A DNA stretch of 64,000 nucleotides from Nitrospina sp. UBA6727 (GTDB taxonomy: Bacteria; Nitrospinota; Nitrospinia; Nitrospinales; VA-1), in assembly GCA_002454045.1 (NCBI GenBank), contig DKID01000024.1:2283-66282 (forward strand), read 5' to 3'. Position numbers and translations under genes: made by a program. Within the stretch, counting starts at the first letter, position 1, and each line of letters opens with the position of its first letter. Below the pieces are notes generated by a model. That model made no database searches. It had not been told where the DNA came from and was given only the letters and a program-made list of their open reading frames with translations. Positions 56,107 through 64,000 of the stretch are shown here, one piece after another.

Positions 56107-56239
56107 CGTCGCCGCCGATTATCTAGTGTGATTAAAATAGAAACTCATATAAAATACACCGGTCTTGCAATCCTTTCAATCTATCGGAGGAACGCGGACG
56201 CCGTCGCCGTCTCTTCTTAACAGCGGGAGCGTTCCCGGA

Positions 56240-57025
56240 ATGAAAAATTTTTCCGCGACAGTTTGCGCCGCTTTCTTCGCCGCGATTTTATTTACCGCCG
56301 GTTGCGGCGGCGGCGAGTCCCCTGGCGAAACTTACGTCGTCGCGACCGATGCCACCTTGGTGCCGATGTCTTTCATAGGCGCCGACAACGGCATAATCGG
56401 GTTTGAGCCTGACCTCATTTCGGCGCTCGCGAAAAAGGCGGGAGTCAACCTCCGCGTCGTCAATGTCGAGTGGGCGGGATTATTTGGCGGACTCATCACG
56501 AAAAAATTCGATATGGTGATCAGCTCCGTCACCATTCTGGAAGAACGTAAGGCGCGCATGGCGTTCAGCGAGCCTTACTTGAAAAGCGGTTTGGCTGTGG
56601 TGGTCCGCAAAAATCAAGAGGGCGTCAACTCTTTCGACGACGCGAAAAAAAATGATTTTTTATTCGCAGCGCAGGTTGGAACCACCGCTTATTTCTTTTT
56701 GGAAGAACACCCCGCCGTGCGCAAAAAGGCTTACGAAGCATACGGGCATGCCGTGACCGATCTCATTAACGGAAAAGTTGACGCCGTGGTGGGCGATGGT
56801 ACCGGCACTTTGTTCTACAAAAATAAACGCAAACCTTTGTTTGAAAAAATTAAGATGATCGGCGAAATTATAATCAACGAACATTACGGCATCGTGCTTC
56901 GCAAGGGGGACACTGCTCTTTTGGCGCAGGTGAATTCCGCGTTGCAAAAAATCCTGGAGGACGGGACGGTCGCCCGACTCCACAAAAAATGGGAATTGGG
57001 CAAAGCCGCGCAGGTGCCGGAGTAA
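56240..57025 (+). CDS. amino-acid ABC transporter substrate-binding lipoprotein (family 3)
   Basis: Lipobox LFTAGC. The PBPb pattern VATDATLVPMSF...GFEPDL..ALAKKAG..........WAGLFGGL...K.DMVISSVTI..ER. Confidence 0.85.
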   Translation: MKNFSATVCAAFFAAILFTAGCGGGESPGETYVVATDATLVPMSFIGADNGIIGFEPDLISALAKKAGVNLRVVNVEWAGLFGGLITKKFDMVISSVTILEERKARMAFSEPYLKSGLAVVVRKNQEGVNSFDDAKKNDFLFAAQVGTTAYFFLEEHPAVRKKAYEAYGHAVTDLINGKVDAVVGDGTGTLFYKNKRKPLFEKIKMIGEIIINEHYGIVLRKGDTALLAQVNSALQKILEDGTVARLHKKWELGKAAQVPE

Positions 57026-57045
57026 ATTTTTCTTCAAGTTATATT

Positions 57046-57813
57046 ATGTCCAAATCATCTTCATCCAAGAAGAAGCCCCGCTCCCAAATCTGGGCGTGGA
57101 ATCTTGCGGTGGTGATGAGTTTCGTTTTCCTGTTTTATTTGCCCGCGGAGGAAGTTTTTCTCGCCAAAGAACAAACCGGCAGTTATGTGGAATTGTTGTC
57201 GCTGCTACCCTCCGGGATATTCTACACGCTTTTGGTCACGTTGCTGGGGAGCGCGTCCGCCATCGTCGTCGGGATGTTGGTGGGCTTTGGAAAACTTTCC
57301 GATAATCTTTTCATACGGGTTCCGGTATCTTTCTATATCGAAATTTTACGCGGCGTGCCGTTGCTGGTTCTTTTATTTTATATCTATTACGCCTTGGGAG
57401 AATTCGTTCGCATATCGGCGCTGGTCGCGGCGGTGGCGGGATTCGGCTTCAGTTACGGGGCTTACATGGCCGATGTGTTTCGGGCGGGGATTGAAGCGGT
57501 TCCCAAAGAACAGGGCGAAGCCGCGCGTAGTCTCGGCATGAATGAAAAACAAACCATGTTGCGGATCATCCTTCCGCAAGCACTGCGCACCATAATTCCC
57601 GCCATCGGCAATCAAACTTTAGGCATGTTGAAAGACACCAGCCTGGTTTCCGTGCTCGCCATTTCCGACATTTTGCGCGTGGGGAATGAATACGCCACCA
57701 AGCATTTTAATTATTTTGAAACCTATACCTACGTGGCGTTGACCTACCTGTTGCTCACCCTGTTGTTGTCCCGACTGGTACAAAATATCGAAGACCGTTT
57801 TCGGACGGCGTAG
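57046..57813 (+). CDS. amino-acid ABC transporter permease (His/Glu/Gln/Arg/opine family)
   Basis: EAA-loop-like GIEAVPKEQGEAARSLGMNEKQTMLRIILPQALR. No ATPase gene follows. Confidence 0.9.
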   Translation: MSKSSSSKKKPRSQIWAWNLAVVMSFVFLFYLPAEEVFLAKEQTGSYVELLSLLPSGIFYTLLVTLLGSASAIVVGMLVGFGKLSDNLFIRVPVSFYIEILRGVPLLVLLFYIYYALGEFVRISALVAAVAGFGFSYGAYMADVFRAGIEAVPKEQGEAARSLGMNEKQTMLRIILPQALRTIIPAIGNQTLGMLKDTSLVSVLAISDILRVGNEYATKHFNYFETYTYVALTYLLLTLLLSRLVQNIEDRFRTA

Positions 57814-57853
57814 TCATCATCGGTCACCGCGATAAGTTCCCCGGTCGTCCCTA

Positions 57854-57882
57854 TTGAATCCCGAGCATTTATATTATATTAT
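57854..57882 (+). promoter_or_regulatory. candidate sigma-70 promoter for ssrA
   Basis: TTGAAT-N17-TATTAT, ending about 30 nt before the mature tmRNA 5' end. Confidence 0.45.
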
Positions 57883-57912
57883 TAGAGGTTATAAATCCTT
57901 CCCCAAAACTTA

Positions 57913-58271
57913 GGGGGCGATTTGGTTTCGACGGGAGAGTTGAGACAAGGGTTGCATGCACGGGATACCGTTGGCCCGTAAAAAAACGGTTTGTACATAA
58001 TCGCCAACGATTATGATGCAGCTGTAGCCGCTTAATTTAATCGGTTACCATCCGCCGCGTCCATGTTTGCGGGAAGCGGATTGGATGTCATTCAGCAAAC
58101 TGGTTTGGTGCGCATGTTCCGGGCAAACTGAACGAGATTTTTAGGAACTGGCTTGGGCTTAATCCTGCCTCTGGGAGTTCGCGCGAGTGAGATTTAAAAT
58201 AGAGGATAAGCATGTAGACGCCTTTGATTGAAATCTTTCGGACGGGGGTTCGATTCCCCCCGCCTCCACCA
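57913..58271 (+). ncRNA. ssrA: tmRNA (SsrA)
   Basis: The 5' GGGGGCGATTTGGTTTCGACGGG pairs with the 3' ...GGACGGGGGTTCGATTCCCCCCGCCTCCACCA, giving a tRNA-Ala-like acceptor stem with G3:U and a T-arm. The tag frame GCC AAC GAT TAT GAT GCA GCT GTA GCC GCT TAA (58003-58035) encodes ANDYDAAVAA. Confidence 0.95.
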
Positions 58272-58354
58272 CCACTATTTTCTTCGGCATGGTAGCGATT
58301 GCGCGGGCTTGTCGCGTTGTGGCAGAGTTTCCTGCGGACGAGGGCTTCCGCGTG

Positions 58355-58472
58355 AGCGTCTCGTCGCCGACGTCGTCCACCGTCCAACAAAAAACAGGTC
58401 GCGGTGTATTCATTGCGGGCGATGGTGGCGCTGTGGCGGCTTGTCCGGCGATGGTCACGCGCGGCGGCGATG
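58355..58472. repeat. looser GACGG/GGCGG-rich patch (member 13) 3' of tmRNA
   Basis: ...agcgtctcgtcgccgacgtcgtccaccgtcc...gcgggcgatggtggcgctgtggcggcttgtccggcgatggtcacgcgcggcggcgatg. Confidence 0.45.
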
Positions 58473-58566
58473 CTAACTCTTTAGATACGCTGAAGGTTTC
58501 AGGTCGTGGCGAAAAAACTGTAAAATTTTGGGAGCGCGGTGGGGCGAGGCGGAACTCTACAAACTA

Positions 58567-58743
58567 GTTTTCTTTTCCTGAATTTCCGCCCTTCTAACCT
58601 TCGCCAGTTTTCTAAGTTCACCCAGAGCTTTGCGGGCACGAGTGGCGGCGGCTTTTATATTTTTCGTTTCAAAACTGTCATTTTCTGCTAGATAGTTTTC
58701 ATAGGCAGAAATAATTTGCTCATGCGTCGCCATGTCTTACTCC
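58567..58743 (-). CDS. small histone H1/Hc1-like basic protein (below the ORF-track size cut-off)
   Basis: Hand translation gives MATHEQIISAYENYLAENDSFETKNIKAAATRARKALGELRKLAKVRRAEIQEKKTSL (58 aa). AGGAG lies 6 nt upstream of the ATG. The core NxKAAxxRARKxxxELxKLxKxxR matches the bacterial Hc1-type 'histone H1' family as recalled. Confidence 0.6.
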
Positions 58744-58946
58744 TGTTTGAGGTTGATGGGTCCAAAATCGAGTAGTTAATTACCACACTACCCGCAACCA
58801 ATCAAACTTTATTGAAGAATGAAGAGTCGTGTTAGAGAAAAATGAGCATGTAAGTGTCCGCGCCAAGCCAAACATTTTGTTCATTTTTTATGTTACGCTA
58901 CTGCGCAACATACCGATTAATCGCATTGAAAATAGGAAGGTAGGGG

Positions 58947-59366
58947 ATGTCAGAAATAGGCAGACGTTTTTCGTTGGACAAAATAACGGTCGACCCTAAA
59001 CTCAAAAACCGTATTTTTTCGGCAGATGGAGATGATCACATCGGCGATTGGGATGGGGAATGTATTGATGATTTGGTGAAAGAAATTGACCGCATTGAAG
59101 AACGGAGGGATGTTAATTATTCCAGCCTGCCGCACTCCTCCAACATCCCCGATGATTTAAAACCAGAGGTCGGCAAGGATTATCCCGTTTGGACCTGTGA
59201 CGTAAAGGGGCGTTGCCTCGTGGGCGACACCGGGTCAGAAATTATGACCGTTGATGAAATTCGCAACCACTACATCAACAAATATGGAAGCATTGACAAG
59301 TTTAAGGAAAAATTAGAAATTGATAGAGCCAAGTTTATTCGGGAAGTGAAAAATAGATCCGAGTAA
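58947..59366 (+). CDS. hypothetical protein
   Basis: 139-aa ORF with a GGAAGGTAGGGG SD-like stretch before the ATG. AT-richer than its surroundings. No recognisable domain. Confidence 0.5.
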   Translation: MSEIGRRFSLDKITVDPKLKNRIFSADGDDHIGDWDGECIDDLVKEIDRIEERRDVNYSSLPHSSNIPDDLKPEVGKDYPVWTCDVKGRCLVGDTGSEIMTVDEIRNHYINKYGSIDKFKEKLEIDRAKFIREVKNRSE

Positions 59367-59425
59367 ATAATTTTCGGGACCGTGAGAATGTTGCAATTTA
59401 CAAAACCTTTTTAGACGAGGCCGTA

Positions 59426-59752
59426 ATGGAAAATATTTCTGTCGACGACTTGCATGATGAAATTCAAAAGGCGGGCGGGAACAATTTAATTCTGGACGTC
59501 AGGTCCGCTACGGAATATTCGGAGGGGCATATTGAGGGCGCGCAAAATACTCCCCACGAAGAGGTCGGCGGCATCGTAGAAGACCTGAAAAGTTACGACA
59601 AGGTTTATGTTCACTGCAAAATGGGTGGGCGGGCTAAAGTAGCTTCCGAGGCTTTGACCCGCGCGGGCTTGGACAATATCGTCTGTGTAGAAAATGGGGG
59701 GATGGAGCGCTGGGCGAAGATGGGCTGGCCGGTTCAAAGGGAAGAGTCATAA
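59426..59752 (+). CDS. single-domain rhodanese-like sulfurtransferase
   Basis: LILDVRSATEYSEGHIEGAQN and the active-site loop VHCKMGGRA. Confidence 0.85.
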   Translation: MENISVDDLHDEIQKAGGNNLILDVRSATEYSEGHIEGAQNTPHEEVGGIVEDLKSYDKVYVHCKMGGRAKVASEALTRAGLDNIVCVENGGMERWAKMGWPVQREES

Positions 59753-59761
59753 AAAAAACCC

Positions 59762-59818
59762 AAGAAGAGGGGCCGCGTCAGCGACCTCTCCCTCGGGTTT
59801 ATTTTTTTGCTCTGCGAA
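59762..59818. terminator. probable bidirectional intrinsic terminator (rhodanese gene / nxrC convergent)
   Basis: A8 - a long imperfect hairpin (AACCC..GAGGGG / CCTCTC..GGGTT) - T7. Confidence 0.55.
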
Positions 59819-59925
59819 TACTCCACGTTAAAGCATGGTGCCCTGTCTTCGGTCGCTAATCAAATTCCTTCGGAACACCCGCGACGGGTGCTACTCCGAT
59901 GCGCGCTTACGCTACCAGGGCGATT

Positions 59926-60930
59926 TTAGTACTGCAGTTCATTCCACTGCGTGATAGCCTTCTGACCATTTCTTTCTTTGTTCTGACCATTCCAAATCGC
60001 AATCCCAATCGGAGTTTTGCCTCCGCTGAACTGCGTGTCGTTGGAATCAGAGGTGGTCAAGGAGCGTTTGAAAACAACTGACCAACGGTCGTTAGACCAG
60101 TTGCCGTTGCCCATAACATCCTGATGAGCCTGCGTGGTCAGGGTGCTAAACCCTTCCGCGTTCAGGTCTTCCACCGAGGATATGCGCATGGAAGCATCAG
60201 CAAGGATATTACCGGTAGCACGCGCCGGGTTGAATACGCCTTCGTTTTTACCCATGCCAAAGTCGGTGTAGGAACGGCGTTTACTGATATCACCAGCCCC
60301 CTGACCCGACATGGTATACGCCCCACCTGAATCCATCTTGCTACCTGGTTTTGCATTGGGGCCAAGACCACTCAACTTGCCATCGGGCTCATACATGTAG
60401 TAACTGCCGGAACCCATAACCATATATTTGTACTGGTCTTCCATGTCCAACATGCCAATGTTGCCAGTTTTTCCAGCGCCCTCTTTGTCCCAGGTCGCTT
60501 TCCACTGCCAGATGTTGACACGCTCGCCGTCACCGCCCATTGTGAAGGGGGGCTCTTCGCCTGACTGATTCACGGGAAACATGATGGCTGCTTGGTCTCT
60601 GTATTGCTGAGACTGCACCATGATGTCATTACGGGTGGGGTCTGTCCAACTCAAGCGAACAGCGATTTCCCTACCGTTGGTGGCAGCTCTCACGTTCACC
60701 CATTTGGTCGCTGGAGCGGGCCACATGGGATTGGTAATCATCTGCGGATCTAGGTCGACTACGGTGTGCTTGTTGAAAGTCGGACCGTAGCGTGTCCAGA
60801 ATGGATCATCCGCCTTCACCGGAATATTTCCAGATACTTTTACCGCTTTGATGGTGGCCGCGTTCGTGGTGGTGAAACTACCCAGAACGAAAGCGAACAG
60901 CATCATGAATACAACAGTCTTTTTACTCAC
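59926..60930 (-). CDS. nxrC: nitrite oxidoreductase gamma subunit candidate (EB_dh/EbdC-like haem b subunit)
   Basis: GTG start with AGGAGG 7 nt upstream. Sec signal peptide MSKKTVVFMMLFAFVLGSFTTTNA. EB_dh-type domain. Directly downstream of nxrB. Confidence 0.8.
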   Translation of the reverse strand: MSKKTVVFMMLFAFVLGSFTTTNAATIKAVKVSGNIPVKADDPFWTRYGPTFNKHTVVDLDPQMITNPMWPAPATKWVNVRAATNGREIAVRLSWTDPTRNDIMVQSQQYRDQAAIMFPVNQSGEEPPFTMGGDGERVNIWQWKATWDKEGAGKTGNIGMLDMEDQYKYMVMGSGSYYMYEPDGKLSGLGPNAKPGSKMDSGGAYTMSGQGAGDISKRRSYTDFGMGKNEGVFNPARATGNILADASMRISSVEDLNAEGFSTLTTQAHQDVMGNGNWSNDRWSVVFKRSLTTSDSNDTQFSGGKTPIGIAIWNGQNKERNGQKAITQWNELQY

Positions 60931-61076
60931 AGGTGTCCCTCCTTGGCATACCGTAAACGGGAAATTAAAGTTACGCTCTCAACGGTGAAAACCCATCCGT
61001 TCCGGGCGGGACCCGCAAGCCCCGCCACGAAACTGGATTGATTTACGCCGCTTTCCAGAGGGCGTTGTGTCGCTCT

Positions 61077-62354
61077 TTAGATTGCACCCGGATGCTCTTC
61101 GGGTCGTACATAGAAAGGCTCTTCAACCGTAACTCGGATGATTTCTTTCCCTTTCCGGTTAAACCCGATGACCGTGTCGTTATACATTTCAAACTTCTTG
61201 CCGTGAATGTTGGTCTCGAATATCTTCGGACCTGGCTCACGTTTCCATTTGAAAATGATTCGCTGTGTCGTCCGGAACAACTGGAGATTCGCCAGTAAAT
61301 CCCGATCCGGGACCATGTATTGATCGATGGAATGATCCACACCTGGTCCAAACATCTGTTGCGAATACGCACGGGGAACATGCCGCGACGGAATGTAATA
61401 CCCGTTCGGCTCTGTTCCTAATTGCGGATACAAGGGCAATGCTACTTTCCGATCCCGAATCAGATAATACTGTGGATTGTCGGGATCATGTGCCCACTCC
61501 CCGTTGCTGCCGATCTTGACTAGCCCTTGTAAGCGAATCTTGCCAACACAGGCTGCCATACAGCGCGTCTCCATCTGATCGCCTTCCGTCAGAGGATCGA
61601 GACCCTCTATGCGGGGATAACAGGCGATGCATTTTTCGGAGATCCGCGTCGTACCACGGAACATCGGCTTCTTGTAAGGACACTGCTCTACACACTTTTT
61701 GTAACCGCGACAACGGCTCTGGTCGATCAAAACGATGCCGTCCTCTTGGCGTTTGTAAATCGCCTTGCGAGGACACGCCGCCAGACAGCCCGGATACGTG
61801 CAATGGTTACAGATGCGTTGCAGATAGAAAAACCAGATTTTATGCTCTGGTAATACCGACCGCGTACCGTTGTCGCCCCCAAACGTCCCTTCGCGAGACT
61901 GGGTGAACTCACGGCCGTGAGCGGTGTCTTCGCCAAAGTTCGGAAAACGCCACTCTTCGTCTGTCGGCACATAACCAATTGCCTGCTGATTCAAACCAAT
62001 CTTGGCCGGCGCTTCGAAGATGGTCACACCTTCGTATACACCGTGGATTGCTTTGTTCGAGGTCTTACGGACATTCCAAACGTTCTGCCCGGGATTCGAC
62101 TGCTCCAGCATCTTCAGAATCTTCCAATCCCAAAACTGCGGATAGCCGCCGTAAGGCTTCGTCTCTACATTATTCCACCACATATACTCCTGACCTTTCG
62201 AAAAAGTCCAGGTGGATTTGTGGGCCATCGTACAGGTCTGACAGGCAATACAACGGTTTGTGTTGAACACAAACGTGAACTGCTCTTTCGGATGCTTTTC
62301 GTCGTAAATATACGTCGACATCCGACCTAGTTGCCAGTTATAAACTTCAGGCAT
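61077..62354 (-). CDS. nxrB: nitrite oxidoreductase beta subunit (4 Fe-S clusters), periplasmic-NXR type
   Basis: Begins MPEVYNWQLGR..FVFNTNRCIACQTCTMAHKSTW.FSKGQEYMWWNNVETKPYGGYPQFWDWK, matching Nitrospira/Nitrospina NxrB as recalled. Further Cys clusters CNHCTYPGCLAACP, CRGYKKCVEQCP and CIAC. GGAGG lies 7 nt upstream of ATG 62354. Confidence 0.92.
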   Translation of the reverse strand: MPEVYNWQLGRMSTYIYDEKHPKEQFTFVFNTNRCIACQTCTMAHKSTWTFSKGQEYMWWNNVETKPYGGYPQFWDWKILKMLEQSNPGQNVWNVRKTSNKAIHGVYEGVTIFEAPAKIGLNQQAIGYVPTDEEWRFPNFGEDTAHGREFTQSREGTFGGDNGTRSVLPEHKIWFFYLQRICNHCTYPGCLAACPRKAIYKRQEDGIVLIDQSRCRGYKKCVEQCPYKKPMFRGTTRISEKCIACYPRIEGLDPLTEGDQMETRCMAACVGKIRLQGLVKIGSNGEWAHDPDNPQYYLIRDRKVALPLYPQLGTEPNGYYIPSRHVPRAYSQQMFGPGVDHSIDQYMVPDRDLLANLQLFRTTQRIIFKWKREPGPKIFETNIHGKKFEMYNDTVIGFNRKGKEIIRVTVEEPFYVRPEEHPGAI

Positions 62355-62444
62355 TATCGTACCTCCACAATTGACTGTTGTTAAACGTTGAACCACCGAA
62401 TGGTGGCGACCCTCCCGATGATGGAAGGGGCCGCCACCTTCGCC

Positions 62445-64000
62445 TTAGATTTTCACGCGGACGTACTGACCCGCCAGATACATCTCGGCAAAACGGTCTT
62501 TCAACGGTGATTCCGGGGTGTAACCTGTTCGCACAGGCTCCCAGAGTCCTTTACCATGTAATCCACCATCTTCCGCCTTCGAGAACTTAACCAATACTTC
62601 TTTCGGGGTCGCGTTGACCGCGTGGTTGTCGGCCTCGTAGCCGTGTTTGAACTTCATCTTGGTTTTGGCTTTATGGAACAGACTGTCTGTCTGATGCATG
62701 GGCATCAACCAAGATCGCGTGATGGATTGCTGACCGCCATACCGGAAGTTGCTCTGGTATGGTGTGGTCATGGACATCGCGCGTCCGTCCGGCCGTTCTT
62801 CGTGCGCCTTGACGGTACGCTCGGTGGCGATCCACGTTGCGTGTTTCATCATGGTGGTGTGATACGGATACGCTGGGTTATACTTCGCCCGCAGCATCAG
62901 CCGTGCCACTTTATACCGAGGATCGGAAGGCTTCCAACCCATGTAAGGTCGATCTGCGGGGTTCGCGTCACAATATACATAGTCGCCTTCGTTGATGCCA
63001 AGGTCTTTACACAGGAATGGGTTCATGTGCACTTGCCACTCACCAACACCCGGGGAACGTTTGTCCATTCGGTAAGGGTCACCGAAGTTGTTGTTCCAGA
63101 TCATGTTCCAGTCAGTCGTTGCCCAGGAACTATGCGCCGTGTGTCGTGATTTAGGCGTTACGCAATAGAACCGATACCCCTTCTCCCACAAGAAGTTCTT
63201 GGTCGTTCGCACTGCTGACCAGGGCTTCTTGATGTTGCGGACGTGACGAAGATCCGGGTCCTGCTCGTCTTCCGGAATCCCGTAATCATCCGGTCGGATG
63301 TAGGGGTTGGTGGATACGATTACGTTCGGCAGGTAAGGTGTAGCTTCGGGACCTTCCCTGTGAACGATGAAGTTTTCACCGTACTCAATCGCTTCCGGCT
63401 CATCGTTGTAAAACTGGATGCGACCGTTAGGAGTATAGAACGGTTTGGACTCCGTATACATCTCCCAGAAGGGAGAGCGTGGATAGGTTCGGTATAGCAT
63501 CAGACAACACCCGGGCTCGCCATACTTGCCGTTGATGATGTCGTCGATGTTGTAACCCATACCGGTTGTGGACGTCGTGAACAAGCGACGGATCATCGCC
63601 TTCGTGCGGTTCGGCGCTTTGCCTTCATACACTTTCAAGAAGTCAGAGAAACGCTTGTCGCCCGTCACTTCCGCCATCCGTTTTCCGAACTCACGATGAA
63701 TCAGGTTATCGTCGATGGTGTCGAAGATAGGTTTGATTCCCGTGCCGCCCCAAATTTGATGGAACGGATTCGAACACGCGGAGGTGATTTCGTAACTCTC
63801 AAACTCGGCCCAACTGTTCGGCGCCAATATGATGTCGCTATATTCGCAGGAACCGGTGAACTCGATGTCTTGAGCTACGATCATGTCTACGTTGTTGTTC
63901 GTGTTGAACACTAACTCGTAGAACCACTTCGCGTTGTTGATGACGTTGACGTTAACATACCAGCACAGCTTGGTAGGCGTCGGCATATGCGTCCGACCCG
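62445..64000 (-). CDS. nxrA: nitrite oxidoreductase alpha subunit (Mo-bisPGD), C-terminal ~518 aa; N-terminus lies outside the window
   Basis: The ORF is open to the window edge. Type-II DMSO-reductase-family catalytic subunit features. Sits immediately upstream of nxrB. Confidence 0.88.
   Translation of the reverse strand, partial: GRTHMPTPTKLCWYVNVNVINNAKWFYELVFNTNNNVDMIVAQDIEFTGSCEYSDIILAPNSWAEFESYEITSACSNPFHQIWGGTGIKPIFDTIDDNLIHREFGKRMAEVTGDKRFSDFLKVYEGKAPNRTKAMIRRLFTTSTTGMGYNIDDIINGKYGEPGCCLMLYRTYPRSPFWEMYTESKPFYTPNGRIQFYNDEPEAIEYGENFIVHREGPEATPYLPNVIVSTNPYIRPDDYGIPEDEQDPDLRHVRNIKKPWSAVRTTKNFLWEKGYRFYCVTPKSRHTAHSSWATTDWNMIWNNNFGDPYRMDKRSPGVGEWQVHMNPFLCKDLGINEGDYVYCDANPADRPYMGWKPSDPRYKVARLMLRAKYNPAYPYHTTMMKHATWIATERTVKAHEERPDGRAMSMTTPYQSNFRYGGQQSITRSWLMPMHQTDSLFHKAKTKMKFKHGYEADNHAVNATPKEVLVKFSKAEDGGLHGKGLWEPVRTGYTPESPLKDRFAEMYLAGQYVRVKI

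Noticed and set aside
58272-59925. The region after tmRNA considered as an intact integrated mobile element or prophage
   Set aside because: There is no integrase, recombinase or phage-like gene, and I could find no direct repeat of the tmRNA 3' end. At most it is a decayed islet (reported as a low-interest finding).
61005-61026. The GGCGGG-N10-CCCGCC hairpin between nxrB and nxrC considered as a terminator
   Set aside because: It has no adjacent U-run on the transcribed (minus) strand, and nxrC follows with its own strong SD. It is more likely an intercistronic structure than a terminator.

Overview
This 64-kb chromosomal window is mostly housekeeping and appears to come from a Nitrospina/Nitrospira-type nitrite oxidiser. 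That assignment is an inference from a periplasmic-type nxrA(partial)-nxrB-nxrC operon at 59.9-64.0 kb, not a verified taxonomy.

Main blocks:
- DinG-type helicase at the left edge.
- A complete non-actinobacterial Pup-proteasome locus (arc-dop-prcA-pup-prcB-pafA, 3.4-9.9 kb).
- hit, nadA, and an rpoH-fumC pair.
- A porin and a DUF1566 gene.
- aroC, then ihfB-sppA-rpsA-cmk-tyrA-pheA, then glnD.
- Monomeric icd plus mdh.
- An HpnM/HpnN-like lipid-transport pair.
- pepA.
- An orphan NuoF-like flavoprotein.
- A peptide-binding protein.
- Two ribonuclease-inhibitor-type LRR genes.
- hemY, a FIST-domain gene and an MBL-fold gene.
- A DUF1566 / dihaem-cytochrome-c-NxrC-like / HExxH operon.
- An orphan nuoB.
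- purD.
- An amino-acid ABC pair.
- tmRNA, followed by a small AT-richer islet.

No CRISPR array, transposase, integrase or rRNA/tRNA gene was seen.

Most notable unexplained signals:
1. A dispersed family of GACGG-rich patches sits at almost every gene junction and sometimes runs into reading frames.
2. A tandem array of roughly eight TTTCCGCGC units lies between convergent genes at 53.54-53.65 kb.
3. The Pup locus has an atypical gene order, a basic Pup ending in TGQ, and an ARC ATPase without the GQYL tail.
4. A putative periplasmic redox operon encodes a cytochrome c / EB_dh fusion carrying an (MDHGx)3 tail.
5. Two LRR ORFs are separated by a single in-frame TGA.

All calls rest on reading the translations and the DNA by eye. 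No database searches were run.
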